Origin: Candidatus Marinacidobacterales bacterium
Lineage (GTDB): Bacteria; Acidobacteriota; Vicinamibacteria; Marinacidobacterales; SMYC01
Assembly: GCA_965224085.1 (NCBI GenBank)
Contig: CBDCYI010000004.1
Location: forward strand, 768,001 to 832,000
DNA length: 64,000 bases
Direction of reading: 5' to 3'
Below, one piece after another: positions 31,374-42,006 of this stretch. The position numbers and the translations under genes were made by a program. A model generated the notes under the pieces. The model was given only the letters and a program-made list of their open reading frames with translations, was not told the origin of the DNA and did no database searches. How positions within the stretch are numbered: position 1 is the first letter of the stretch; each line of letters starts with the position of its first letter.

Positions 31374-31389
31374 TGGCACGTGGTTTGCT
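31374..31389 (+). promoter_or_regulatory. sigma54 (-24/-12) promoter
   Basis: TGGCAC-GTGGT-TTGCT, matching TGGCAC-N5-TTGCW, 24 nt before ATG 31414. Confidence 0.75.
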
Positions 31390-31413
31390 ACTCGATTGAG
31401 CAAGGAGGAATCT

Positions 31414-31848
31414 ATGACCCATGAACGCTGGCGAGAGCCCGTATCGACCCTACCCAGCCCAGAGCACTGGGCGGCCAAAGAGAAGGAAGGATGGCACCCG
31501 GTGGCGATCGAGTGGGCGCGCGAGCCGAAGCCATCTGCCGAGGAGGCGCGTCAATATCAGCCCATTCCTTACGGATTGTGCATTTCTTCCGACTGCGCTC
31601 ATCTCGAGGTCGATCCCATCGAGAAAGAAGTCATGACGCTCGTGATCGCGATGATTGCCGGCGACCACCGCTTGTCCAAGATCGCCGCGGAGTTGAACCA
31701 GCGAGAACTTCGACCCCGTCAAGGGACGGAGTGGACTCAAGTGACCATCTTCAAGTTGCTGCCGCGCATCATCGAGTTCGGCCCAGAGATCATGTCGGCA
31801 GAGGCGTGGTCGAGCAGCAAGAAGGACGTGCTTGCCGCAGTCAGCTGA
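31414..31848 (+). CDS. Stand-alone Recombinase DNA-binding-domain protein
   Basis: IPYGL, LEVDPIEKEV, LSKIAAELNQRELRPRQGTEWT; RBS AAGGAGG; no catalytic serine domain. Confidence 0.7.
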   Translation: MTHERWREPVSTLPSPEHWAAKEKEGWHPVAIEWAREPKPSAEEARQYQPIPYGLCISSDCAHLEVDPIEKEVMTLVIAMIAGDHRLSKIAAELNQRELRPRQGTEWTQVTIFKLLPRIIEFGPEIMSAEAWSSSKKDVLAAVS

Positions 31849-31852
31849 ACAT

Positions 31853-31920
31853 CCTGGTCTGTGCGGAGGCCTGATCTGTGCGGAGGCCTGATCTGTGCGG
31901 AGGCCTGATCTGTGCGGAGG
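31853..31920. repeat. Tandem repeat, 4 x 17 bp
   Basis: (CCTGRTCTGTGCGGAGG)4, one mismatch in the first copy, no spacers. Confidence 0.92.
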
Positions 31921-32154
31921 GATGATGAGGTGAGGATGAAGTCCCAACCGAGATAAAGGCGCCGACCTCTCAGATTCTTCCCCTCGGATTACAACACGAG
32001 AGACCAACTCCCCCTCTATCCGCGCTCCACCCCCACCTCGCAAACAAGGGCACCAGGACAGCCGTGGGCCTTTGAAATTGCCTTTTGACTGAAGAGGAAA
32101 GTACACGGGTGCGTCCATATCTGTCAAGAACGTTTTTTAGCGTATGATGCTTTC

Positions 32155-32865
32155 TTGAATACAGTCCTATATGTCTCGATTGCCGCTTTCACCGTAACGC
32201 TCCTGAGCGGGCTTTTGGCGCTCTATTTGCACGACCGAAAAGCTGAAGTCTTCGCGTTTTGTGCCGGCGCGCTCATCGGAGGCGCGGTTATCGTGCTCCT
32301 CCCCGATGCGTGGCAATTACTGGAAGAGAGCGACACTACACTCGGCTCCAGCGTCGTGTGGCTGTTCTGCGCCGTCGGATTTCTCAGCTTCTATCTGCTC
32401 GAGCGTGGGAGCCACAAAAAGGGCAGAACGAGGCTCGCAGGGCTCGGCGGCGCGATCGGCCTGGCAACCCACAGCTTCTTCGACGGCGTGGTCATCGGCC
32501 AAGGGTTTCGCGCGGGCGAGGATATCGGGGTCTCGCTCGCGCTCGCGGTCTTGCTTCATAAACTCGCCGACGGCGTGAGCGCCGTGGGCGTCATGCTCGG
32601 CACCGAGCACAACGTGCGTGAGACGGTAGGAATGCTCGTCATCACGGCCGTGGCGCCAGTTTTTGGGGCTATCGCGCAGTCTTTTCTGGTACTGCCGACC
32701 TCACTCCTCGCCCTGCTCTTGAGCTGTTTCGCCGGGATGTTCTTGTACCTCGCTGCGAGCCGACTCTGGCCCGAAGCGCGGCGGGCGAGCGCATCCATGG
32801 CCGTCCCCGCGCTCTCGCTCGCGGGCGTCGCGGTCGCTTATCTCGCACACACCCTATCCCAGTAG
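32155..32865 (+). CDS. ZIP family metal transporter
   Basis: HSFFDG, AVLLHKLADG, AGMFLYLA. Confidence 0.88.
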   Translation: MNTVLYVSIAAFTVTLLSGLLALYLHDRKAEVFAFCAGALIGGAVIVLLPDAWQLLEESDTTLGSSVVWLFCAVGFLSFYLLERGSHKKGRTRLAGLGGAIGLATHSFFDGVVIGQGFRAGEDIGVSLALAVLLHKLADGVSAVGVMLGTEHNVRETVGMLVITAVAPVFGAIAQSFLVLPTSLLALLLSCFAGMFLYLAASRLWPEARRASASMAVPALSLAGVAVAYLAHTLSQ

Positions 32866-32914
32866 CGACGAGGCTAGGAATTCTGATAAAAGTACTCGTT
32901 TGGGAGGCATCCAT

Positions 32915-34497
32915 ATGAAATCTAAGTGGCTCATCGCGCTGGTCCTGATTCTTTCGAGCGCCTGTATGGGCTACGCGCAACAGAACGTTCTCGGTACGAT
33001 CGACATTCCGAATTCCGGCTCCGCCGAAGCCCAGAACGCTTTTCTAAACGGCGTCCGCATGGTTCACAGCTTCGAGTGGGAAGACGCCATCGAAGCGTTT
33101 CAAGAAGCACAAAAGATCGACCCGGACTTCTACCTTGCCTATTGGGGTGAAACAGTGAGCCACTACGTAGGCCATCACTTCTCGGCGACGTCGACCGATG
33201 TCTCCGCTGGCCGCGCCGCTCTCAAGAAGCTCGGGACAACGAAAAAAGAGCGGCTCGAGAAAGCACCGACGGAGCGTGAGCGCGGTTACATGGAAGCGGT
33301 GGAGCTTCTCTTCGGTGCCGGCTCGCCGAAAGAGCGCTCGCTCGCTTATTCGGATGCAATGGGCCGTCTCTGGGAGGCTTATCCCGAAGACCACGAAGCC
33401 GCCACGCTCTATGCGCTGGCCTTGATGCGGACGAACGTTCGCGGCGAAGATAGCATCCGTGCGGACATGAAGGCCGGATCGATCGCGCAGTTGGTGTTCC
33501 GCGCCAATCCCGATCACCCGGGTGCCGCGCATTACGTTATCCACGCCTATGACGATCCGATCCATGCACCCATCGCGCTTTACGCAGCGCACAAGTATTC
33601 CGAGATCGCCCCGGCAGCCGTACACGCTCTACACATGCCGGCGCATATTTTCGTACAGCACGGTATGTGGGACCACGTCGTCGAGCGCAACACCGAGTCC
33701 TATGACGCCTCCGTCGCGCGCGCGAAGCGCAAGGGCTTGTCGCCGACGCGGCACTCGTGGCACGCGCTCTACTGGCTCCAATATGGCTACTTGCAGCAGG
33801 GACAATACGCGAAAGCCCAGGAGCAGATCGAGAAACTCCGCGTCATATCCAAGCGCGACGACGCGACGAGACGGCAGGGCAATACGCTCATGCGCATGGA
33901 GTCGCTCCAGGTCGTCGAGAGCGAGAACTGGAAAGTGAACGACATTGACACCGTCCTCGAGCAAGTGCGCGGAACCGGAGAGATCGACGAGCGCGCCGCC
34001 GCGGCCGCGAAGAAAGCCGCCGCCGGGCTCAAAGACCTTACCGCGAAGATGGAAGAGGATGCTCCCGGTCGGGAGCAAGTCACCATTTCCTGGATGGAAG
34101 TGGACGCCGTTATCGCCGAGGCCGAAGGCCGAAAGAGCGACGCCTTGGCTCTCATGAAAGAGGCTGTGGCGGTTGCCGAGACCCTCGTTCCACCGTCGGG
34201 ACCTCCAGGAGAATCTGCTACGGACACGCCGTGAAGCCTCCGCACGAGCTCTATGGCGAAATGCTCCTCGGACAAGGCATGGAAGAAAAGGCGCTCGAGC
34301 AATTCGAGACCTCGCTTCTTCGCACGCCCAACCGGGCGCGCTCGCTTCTAGGGGGCGCGCGGGCGGCCGTCGCGAATGGCAAGACCGAGCTCGCACGGGA
34401 GTTCTACGAAGTCCTGGCGCACTTAGCGGGCGCCGGGCCGAACCTTCCCGGCCAGAACGAAGCGCAGCAATACGTCGCATCCACGGAAGATCACTGA
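32915..34497 (+). CDS. Exported TPR-repeat protein; frameshift ~34230
   Basis: Signal peptide, HSFEW, HPGAAHYVIHAYD, HALHMPAHIF; C-terminus KPPHELYGEMLL..PNRARSL in ORF 34231..34497. Confidence 0.8.
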
Positions 34498-34504
34498 AGC
34501 TGAG

Positions 34505-35755
34505 GTTGACGCGGTCGAATTTCATATCGATGCCGAAAGGCTGAAGGGCTTTCTCACCGAGATCGCCGCCTTCGGGAAACGGCCGGAAGGCGGGGTCTCC
34601 CGCCTCGGCTTCTCCGAGGCTGACGAGCAGGCGCGAGCTTGGCTCGTCGCCAAGATGCAAGAGACCGGGCTCGACGTCTGGGTCGACGCTGCGGGAAACA
34701 TCCACGGGCGGCGCGCCGGGTCGGAGCCCGGCCTCCCCGTCATTCTTTTCGGCTCCCATATCGATTCGGTCCCCGAAGGTGGGATTTTCGATGGCACGTT
34801 AGGGAGCCTCGGCGCTCTCGAAGTCCTGAAGACGTTTTCCGAGCGAGGCCGCGAGTCGCGCCATCCGCTTCAGATGGTCGTATGGGCCGACGAAGAGGGA
34901 GTTCATTTCGGGCAAGGCCTTTTCGGAAGCCGCGCGGCTACCGCGGGTCCACATCACAGCGAGCTCGATCTGACGGGCTCAGACGGCAAGAGTCTCTCGG
35001 AGTGGCTCGAGCGCTATGGACAGCGCCCTTCGGAGATCGATTCGGCGGTCTTGAACCCGAGAGACTTCGCTGCTTACTTCGAGCTTCACATCGAGCAGGG
35101 TCCCAAGCTCGATCGCCAAAGTGTTCCCATCGGGATCGTCGAGGGTATCGTCGGTATCTACCGCTTCGAAGCGACCGTCGAGGGCTTTGCGAACCACGCA
35201 GGTACGACCCCCATGCATGAGCGGCGTGACGCCATGTTCTCGGCCGCGAAGCTCACGCAAGCCGTACGCGAAGAAGTGATGGCGAAGCCGGGCCGTCAAG
35301 TCGGCAATGTCGGCTCGTTGAAGGCTTTTCCTGGAGCACCGAACGTCATTCCAGGACGGGTTCAATTTCCTATCGAGCTTCGCGATATCGATGAAGCCGT
35401 CGTCATGGAGGTGCTCGGGCGCATTCGCGGCCGCGCCGCCGTCATCGCACGGGAGGACAGCACCACGATCGGGATCGCACCTTTCGCCTCGGAGCGACCC
35501 GCCTCAACGGATACGGGACTCCAAGAGCAAATCCATCGCGCAGCGCGTGGTCTCGGCCTCGATACGATCCGGCTTCCAAGCGGCGCGGGGCATGACGCAC
35601 AAAACGTGTCCAGCCACGGCATCCCGACAGGAATGATCTTCGTGCGCAGCAAAAACGGCGTGAGCCACAATCCCAACGAGTGGACCGAATGGGACGACTG
35701 CGCGCGCGGAGTCGAAGTCCTCTATCAAGCCATCGCCGAGCTCGATGCCCGATAA
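34505..35755 (+). CDS. M20 Zn-dependent amidohydrolase (allantoate/N-carbamoyl-amino-acid hydrolase)
   Basis: GSHIDSVP.GG.FDG, DEEG, ELHIEQG, NHAGTTPM, SGAGHDA, SHNPNE; homology runs upstream of ATG 34655 (IDAERL..GGVSRLGFS), true start unresolved. Confidence 0.88.
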   Translation, partial: VDAVEFHIDAERLKGFLTEIAAFGKRPEGGVSRLGFSEADEQARAWLVAKMQETGLDVWVDAAGNIHGRRAGSEPGLPVILFGSHIDSVPEGGIFDGTLGSLGALEVLKTFSERGRESRHPLQMVVWADEEGVHFGQGLFGSRAATAGPHHSELDLTGSDGKSLSEWLERYGQRPSEIDSAVLNPRDFAAYFELHIEQGPKLDRQSVPIGIVEGIVGIYRFEATVEGFANHAGTTPMHERRDAMFSAAKLTQAVREEVMAKPGRQVGNVGSLKAFPGAPNVIPGRVQFPIELRDIDEAVVMEVLGRIRGRAAVIAREDSTTIGIAPFASERPASTDTGLQEQIHRAARGLGLDTIRLPSGAGHDAQNVSSHGIPTGMIFVRSKNGVSHNPNEWTEWDDCARGVEVLYQAIAELDAR

Positions 35756-37382
35756 CGACGCGCTTCTGGCGCGCGCCCGCGCCTTTTTGGAGCACGATGT
35801 AGACCCGGACGATCGAGCAGAGCTCGAATCGCTTCTGAAAGCAGGCGATCGTGAGGAGCTGGCCGAGCGCTTCCGAGGCCTGCTTACTTTCGGGACCGCG
35901 GGGATCCGCGGGATCCTCGGCGCGGGCGAAAGCCGCATGAACCGCAGCCTCGTAATTCGCCTGACGCATGGCCTCGTAAGTTATTTGCTCGAAGTAGTGC
36001 CGGACGCAGCGCGCCGCGGTATCGCCATCGAGCGGGACGGCCGTCATCGCTCCGAGGTCTTTCAGAAAGACGTGGCCGCGGTCGCCGCTGCCCTCGGCGT
36101 GCGCGTCCACTGGATCGAAGGGCCCAACCCGACGCCGCTTCTCGCATTCGCCGTCAAACATTTGGGCGCCGCTGCGGGCATCGTGATTACGGCATCCCAC
36201 AACCCACCGGAATATAACGGCTACAAGGTCTATTGGGAGAACGGCGCCCAGATCATTCCGCCCGTGGACGCGGGGATCGCTGCCGCTATCGATGCGGCGC
36301 CTCCCGCCAACGCTATCCTGCGAGAGGAAAACTCGGCCCTCGTTGAGAAAGTTGATCTCATGGCGGACTATCTCGACGCCGTCAACAGGCTCGCGCTCTC
36401 GAAGGAGACCGACACGTCGAGCTTCGCTGTCGCCTACTCCGCGCTACACGGCGTCGGACAACGGCTCTTTTTGGAAGCGCTCGGCCGTCGCGGCTTCAAG
36501 AAGCTCTTTCCCGTTTTCGAGCAGGCGGTACCGGATGGCGACTTCCCTACCGTTCGCTTTCCGAACCCGGAGGAGCCCGGAGCGCTCGACCTCGTCCTCG
36601 GTGAGGCAAAGCGCCACGGCTGCCCGCTCTTGCTCGTCAACGATCCCGATGCGGATCGACTCGGCGCGGCCGTGCGCGATCCTGAAGGACGCTACACCGC
36701 TTTGAGTGGCAACGAGGTTGGCGTTCTTTTGGCGTCCTACATCCTTGTACGCACGCGAGAAGAGATACCACTCGTGGTCTCGACCGTCGTCTCGTCTCGT
36801 ATGGTAGAGACGATGTGCTCCGAGCTCGGCGTGCGCTACGAGGACACGCTCACCGGCTTCAAATGGATCGCCAACGAAGCGTTGCGCCTCGAGGCGGTAG
36901 AAGGATGCCGTTTCGTCTTTGGCTTCGAAGAAGCGCTCGGCTACACCGTCGGAACGGTCGTGCGCGATAAAGACGGCATCAGCGCGGGCTTGCTGCTCGC
37001 GGAGATGGCGGCGGGGCTCGCGGAGAACGGCGAGACGCTTCTCGATGAGCTCGACCGGTTGCGCGAGCGCTACGGCCGCTTCGTGAGCCGTCAGAAGAGC
37101 TTCACGCTGACGGGTGAGGAGGGCGCGCGTGCCATCGAAGACGCCATGCGGAAGCTGCGGGACGAGCCGCTCGACCAGATTGCCTCCGAGCGGGTCCGCT
37201 TTCACATCAGGGACAGTGTCTTGATCTACGACCTCGAAGCCGGCGGGCGGATCGCCGTCCGCCCGAGCGGCACCGAGCCCAAGCTCAAGTTCTATCTCGA
37301 GCTCGTCGGCGCCGACGCCGAGTCTCGACTCGATGCCGTCGAACGTGACCTACTCCGCGCGGCGGGCCTCGAATCCCACTGA
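35745..37382 (+). CDS. Phosphoglucomutase/phosphomannomutase
   Basis: FGTAGIRG, TASHNP, DPDADR, GFEEALG, RPSGTEPKLKFY. Confidence 0.92.
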   Translation: MPDNDALLARARAFLEHDVDPDDRAELESLLKAGDREELAERFRGLLTFGTAGIRGILGAGESRMNRSLVIRLTHGLVSYLLEVVPDAARRGIAIERDGRHRSEVFQKDVAAVAAALGVRVHWIEGPNPTPLLAFAVKHLGAAAGIVITASHNPPEYNGYKVYWENGAQIIPPVDAGIAAAIDAAPPANAILREENSALVEKVDLMADYLDAVNRLALSKETDTSSFAVAYSALHGVGQRLFLEALGRRGFKKLFPVFEQAVPDGDFPTVRFPNPEEPGALDLVLGEAKRHGCPLLLVNDPDADRLGAAVRDPEGRYTALSGNEVGVLLASYILVRTREEIPLVVSTVVSSRMVETMCSELGVRYEDTLTGFKWIANEALRLEAVEGCRFVFGFEEALGYTVGTVVRDKDGISAGLLLAEMAAGLAENGETLLDELDRLRERYGRFVSRQKSFTLTGEEGARAIEDAMRKLRDEPLDQIASERVRFHIRDSVLIYDLEAGGRIAVRPSGTEPKLKFYLELVGADAESRLDAVERDLLRAAGLESH

Positions 37383-37384
37383 TT

Positions 37385-37503
37385 CCAACGCTTCGGGAGG
37401 TTTGCCGTAGGCTCGCGTTCGGTCCCTGTCGCTAGACGAGCTGGACACATACTTGGAGCGCGTGCGCTCAGTTGAAACCCTCGAGGAAATGGGCCTCAGC
37501 TGA
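37385..37503 (+). pseudogene. DUF4351/Rpn-type C-terminal remnant
   Basis: QRFG..then ARVRSLSLDELDTYLERVRSVETLEEMGLS*; no start codon. Confidence 0.4.
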
Positions 37504-37510
37504 CCCGTTT

Positions 37511-38499
37511 CTACGGCACCACCGAGAGCTCGAGGTACGACGCGTGCGACCGCGAGCGATAGATGGTGTGGGTCGCCGCCTGGAAATCGGATTCTTTGGC
37601 AGTGTAGATATCGACGAAGGTCTGCGGGTTGCGGTCGATGACAGGAAACCACGTGCTTTGAATTTGCACCATTATGCGATGACCCTTCTCGAACGTATGG
37701 TTCCGGTCTCGCAGGCTGAACTCGATGGGAGTCGTCTGTAAAGGAACCAACGGCTGCGGGTGGGCGAAGCTGTTTCGGAACTTCGCACGCAACACTTCCC
37801 CCGCCAGAAGCATTCGAGAAAGAAGCGATAGCCATCCGGCGTCTTGTAGTCGAAGGCTTTCACGCGCTCGGTCGTCAGCTCGTCGCGCACTTGGGCGTTT
37901 TTGGAGAGCCAGCTAAAAGCATACATCAGACGGAACGCACCGTTGTGATGCCAATCGTCACCGATAAACATGTCCGAGGGTGAGGCTTGCGGGGAGGACG
38001 CCACGAGCGCCGGGTGCGCATCGATCATGCCCATGACGGTCTGGAATCCCGGATAGGATACACCGTATTGCCCAACTTTGCCGTTATGGTTCTCGACGTT
38101 TCCAAGGAGCCACTCGATCGTGTCGTAATTGTCAGTGCTGTCGTCGGATCCTCCGTCGGAGTCGTAGGCGCGCATTACGACGAACTCTCCCTCCGAGCGG
38201 AACTTTCCGCGGACATCCTGAAAGACGAATATGAACCCTTCTTCGTCGAAGGCCGGCGACGGACCGAGTTGATCTCGATATTCGTCCGGGCCATAGGGCG
38301 GGATGGAGTAGGGCGTGCGCAGCAACAAGATCGGATAAGTCTCGGAGCGTTCCTTCGGCTCGTAGAGGATGGTGAAGAGCTGAACGCCGTCCCGCATCGG
38401 AACCATGACCTCGCGCTTCGTATAGTGCTCGCGGACGTCGAGCGCGGACGCGGCGGCGCTCGCGAGAAACCATGCCGCCACGAGCCCGGCGCTTTTCAC
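37511..38499 (-). pseudogene. CocE/NonD (amino acid ester hydrolase-like) gene with large internal deletion
   Basis: N-part MRDGVQL, RTPY, QDVRG, GVSYPG joined at ~37813 to the C-terminal NHTFEKGHRIMVQIQSTWFP.IDRNPQ. Confidence 0.8.
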
Positions 38500-39905
38500 T
38501 TCAACCCCACGAGTCCATCCACCGAGTCGATGAGCTTTTTCGAGTCGTAGCCCACGCCATCCTTGAAGACCGTAATCACGTTTCGGATCTCGTTAGGCCG
38601 CGCCACCGGGTCCCCTTGGATGACGACGAGGTCGGCGATCTTCCCTACCTCGACGGAGCCTAGATCCTCGTCCACGCTCAGCACTTTCGCACCGTTTAGC
38701 GCAATGATTTGAATCGTCTCCGCGGGCGTGAACTCCGCCTCGAGCAAGAGCTCGTAGTTTCTCTGATCGCCAAATCCCGGAAGGGCACCGCCATTTCCCG
38801 TAGGGTCGACACCGGAGGCAAGCAAGCCGCCCGCTTTGAAGAAAGCGTACTCGAACGCTTGCGCCCGCGGGAAGAGATCCGCCATCACGGAATCGCTCGC
38901 TTGCTTGTTGATCTCCTCGCGACGCGCCAAGTATTCGTCGCGCGCGCCCGGAGCCAGGGCTGTCATCGTGCGGGCGTCGAGAGGCGGGCGATCGGGAACA
39001 GAGAGCTCATAGACGGCAAGGGTCGACGTCATGGCAACCTCGTTTCGGATCATGTGGTCGATCGTCGCCTTCACCGGCTCGCTATCGATGTCGATCGTCC
39101 TCAAGCTGTCGCGAAATCCAGGTGGACACTCATCGGGCTTCTTGTCCTCGTCATATTCCGTATTCGCGAAAAAACCGTGCTCGAGGCTGTCAATGCCGAG
39201 GTCGACGGCTTCACGATACGTGACCGAGCACAAATGCCCGGTGAATTTCAAGCCGCGGCTATGCGCTTCTTCGATCGCCGCTCTGAGCTCCGCTCGAGAG
39301 ATACGGGTATAAGCCTTGAACCACGTCGCACCTTCTTCGGCCCAATAGGCGACGACGCGCTTCGCGTCTTCCGGCGTTCCTACTTGGGTCATGTAGGTGC
39401 TCGCGCCCGGGCCGGTGATGTAGGGGCCCGTTACGTGCATCCTCGGGCCGACGATCTCGCCTTGCTCAACGGCGCGCTTCATGTTGATCTCGCTATAGGG
39501 CGAGTAACTTCCCGTGGTGCGGATCGTCGTCACCCCGCTCGCTAGGTAGAGTCGCGGTGAGGTCACGTTCATCTGAGATTGGCGCGCGGAAGTTGTATAG
39601 AACGTGTGGTTGTGCACGCCGACGAGGCCGGGAATGACGGTGTACCCGGAGAGATCGAGTCGCTCGGCGCCGTCTGGAATGGGCACGTTGTCGCCTACCG
39701 CACGGATACGCGCATTCTCGACGAGGATCGTTTGGCCGGACTTCGGCGCCACGCCCGTACCGTCGATCAATTGAACGCCGACGAGCGCCACAACGGGCGC
39801 ATCTACGCTTACAAAAGCGCGCGCTTGCTCCGAGAGCTGGCTTGCGGGCTGCGCCATCGCCCAAGCGGGAGAGAATATCAAAAACGCTAGAAAGCATTTA
39901 CGCAC
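38496..39905 (-). CDS. Secreted amidohydrolase family protein
   Basis: IPGLVGVHNH, GVTTIRT, TGHL, SLEHG, GSVEVGKIADLV. Confidence 0.88.
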   Translation of the reverse strand: MRKCFLAFLIFSPAWAMAQPASQLSEQARAFVSVDAPVVALVGVQLIDGTGVAPKSGQTILVENARIRAVGDNVPIPDGAERLDLSGYTVIPGLVGVHNHTFYTTSARQSQMNVTSPRLYLASGVTTIRTTGSYSPYSEINMKRAVEQGEIVGPRMHVTGPYITGPGASTYMTQVGTPEDAKRVVAYWAEEGATWFKAYTRISRAELRAAIEEAHSRGLKFTGHLCSVTYREAVDLGIDSLEHGFFANTEYDEDKKPDECPPGFRDSLRTIDIDSEPVKATIDHMIRNEVAMTSTLAVYELSVPDRPPLDARTMTALAPGARDEYLARREEINKQASDSVMADLFPRAQAFEYAFFKAGGLLASGVDPTGNGGALPGFGDQRNYELLLEAEFTPAETIQIIALNGAKVLSVDEDLGSVEVGKIADLVVIQGDPVARPNEIRNVITVFKDGVGYDSKKLIDSVDGLVGLK

Positions 39906-39918
39906 GGGACCTCCTTGT

Positions 39919-41967
39919 TTACTCGACGTTGAAGACGAGCTTCATGCCGGTCTCGAGGTGTTCGGCAATGTGGCAATGCGCCATCCATTGCCCTGGGTTC
40001 GAAAGCTCCAAAAGAATGTCGGCCGTCTCGCCCACGCTCAAAAGCATTGTGTCCTTCCAAACGAGGTTGTCGTTTGGGGCTCCGTTTCGCGACAGCACGA
40101 GAAAGCGCTGGCCGTGAATATGGAAAGGATGCTGCATCGCGTGGATGGCTTCCCGGTCATTGACGAGACGGATCTTGACGGCGTCGCCGACGTCGAAGCG
40201 CCAATCGATATCCATGTTCTCCTTGCCGGAATCCGTATCGCGTAAGATCCAAGTGGCTTCTCGGCTCGTGGAGGTGAAGTTCATCATCGGCATCGTGCCG
40301 CTCCACTCAACAGGGGTGAAAAAAATGCGGTCGGCCCGCATCCGTTGCATGAGCTTTGGTGGCAAGTCCGAGACTCGTAGGGTGAAGACGAGCTCGCGAT
40401 CCACGGGTCGGTCGAAAACGGCGCGGTAAGGTGCTACGTCCCGCACCACATCGTCATGCGTGCGGAGCTTCCGGAAGGTATCACGAAGACTTGACCCCGC
40501 CGCCTCGCCTGAGACATTGATCGTCCCGAGCTCGGTACGCTCCGCGAAGAAGCTCCCGAAGCTATGGTCGAGAATCTGCACGTGGTTCACGAGCGGCGAG
40601 GTCTCGTCGAACAACACTTCGACGATGTAGCGCTCGGCTGGTGCTACGACGACCGATTCCGCCCAGACTTCTTTCTCGAACTTCCCAAGATCGGAGCCGA
40701 CCACTTTGATGCGAGACTTGCCGAACGACAAATTGTACGTCCGCGTGTTCGACACATTCGTGAGAAAGAAACGGACGACTTCGCCCTTGTGGACGGCGAG
40801 CTCGTATTTCGGCTCGCCGTTCACGAGGAGCACGTTCCCGAAACGGCCCATCAGCGCGTGCGTCGCCGCCTCCGTACCGAAAGGAAGAAGACCGTGCTCG
40901 CCGACGAGCAGATCATCGAGCATCAGGACCTCTTCCCGATGCACGTCGTTGAAGAAATCCGGCTCGGGCGAGCTTACGAGCATGTTTCCGTACAGCCCGA
41001 GATCTTGCTGAATGTCCTCGCGATGATGGGGGTGGTACCAATAGAGGCCCGCATCGCGAAAGAAAATCCGGTACTCGAAGCTCTCGTTCGGCTCGACCGG
41101 AGCTTGCGTGACGCCGACAACGCCATCGTAGCGGTTTTCGAGCCGCACCCCGTGCCAATGCACCGAGGTCGGTAGGTCGGTTCGATTCGTGAAGTTCACC
41201 GTGATCGTCGCGTTCTGTTCGACGGCGATGAGCGGCCCAGGATACTGGCCGTTGAAGCCGTACATGATGGTGTTGTGGCCATGAATCGTACGGCGGACGA
41301 GGCCCGCTTCTAGACGAAGCGCCTGTCCATCCGCAAGACGCACGAGCTCTCGCGGCCGTGCGGTCGGCACGTCCTGGCCTCGATCGACCTTCGGTAGGAA
41401 CGGTTTCACGTCCGGCCTCAAGTCTTCGAGCCCCGGGATCATTGCGATCTGCGGGTGCATCGGCGGGTGTGGCCACGCGCCCACGTGCGCGCTAGCGCCC
41501 GCATCCACGGGTGGCAGCATCAAGTGGTTGTCGGGCTGAATGCTCATGCTCGGCGACCGGCCGCGCAGGACCAAGCGTCCCTCGCGGGTCACGACATCCC
41601 GCGACGCTTCGGCAGAAACGAGCACGACGAACTGATTCAGCTCGACCCGGCCGAGATGGAGGTTGTCGCCGTTTTTCACCTCGCCGAGCTTGATGAGTGG
41701 ATGCATCAAGGGCGTCGTTACCCAGGCGACATAAGTCGCGTAGGCGCCGAGGCTTTTCGGATCGGGGAGTCCCGAAAGTGCTAGCGAGAGCTCGTAACGA
41801 TGATGCCCTTCCGCCGTCACTGCGATCCCGAAAGGTGTTCGCGCCCAGCCGAGCTCGGCCGTCCCGGCCACGTTTCGCAGGTCGGGCGTCGGAACGAGAT
41901 CGATCGTGTAGATATCGGGATGGCCCGCTTGCGTGAGCGCGAGAAAGGCCAGAAAGACCGCTCCCAT
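39919..41967 (-). CDS. Multicopper oxidase with extra N-terminal domain
   Basis: All four Cu motifs: HWHG, WYHPH, HPFHIHG, HCHIAEHLETGM. Confidence 0.92.
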   Translation of the reverse strand: MGAVFLAFLALTQAGHPDIYTIDLVPTPDLRNVAGTAELGWARTPFGIAVTAEGHHRYELSLALSGLPDPKSLGAYATYVAWVTTPLMHPLIKLGEVKNGDNLHLGRVELNQFVVLVSAEASRDVVTREGRLVLRGRSPSMSIQPDNHLMLPPVDAGASAHVGAWPHPPMHPQIAMIPGLEDLRPDVKPFLPKVDRGQDVPTARPRELVRLADGQALRLEAGLVRRTIHGHNTIMYGFNGQYPGPLIAVEQNATITVNFTNRTDLPTSVHWHGVRLENRYDGVVGVTQAPVEPNESFEYRIFFRDAGLYWYHPHHREDIQQDLGLYGNMLVSSPEPDFFNDVHREEVLMLDDLLVGEHGLLPFGTEAATHALMGRFGNVLLVNGEPKYELAVHKGEVVRFFLTNVSNTRTYNLSFGKSRIKVVGSDLGKFEKEVWAESVVVAPAERYIVEVLFDETSPLVNHVQILDHSFGSFFAERTELGTINVSGEAAGSSLRDTFRKLRTHDDVVRDVAPYRAVFDRPVDRELVFTLRVSDLPPKLMQRMRADRIFFTPVEWSGTMPMMNFTSTSREATWILRDTDSGKENMDIDWRFDVGDAVKIRLVNDREAIHAMQHPFHIHGQRFLVLSRNGAPNDNLVWKDTMLLSVGETADILLELSNPGQWMAHCHIAEHLETGMKLVFNVE

Positions 41968-42006
41968 GGCAGCGGAGTATATCGCGATCGGATACGATGA
42001 CACGCC

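Noticed and set aside
31853-31920. CRISPR array
   Set aside because: No spacers, 17-bp unit is too short, no cas genes
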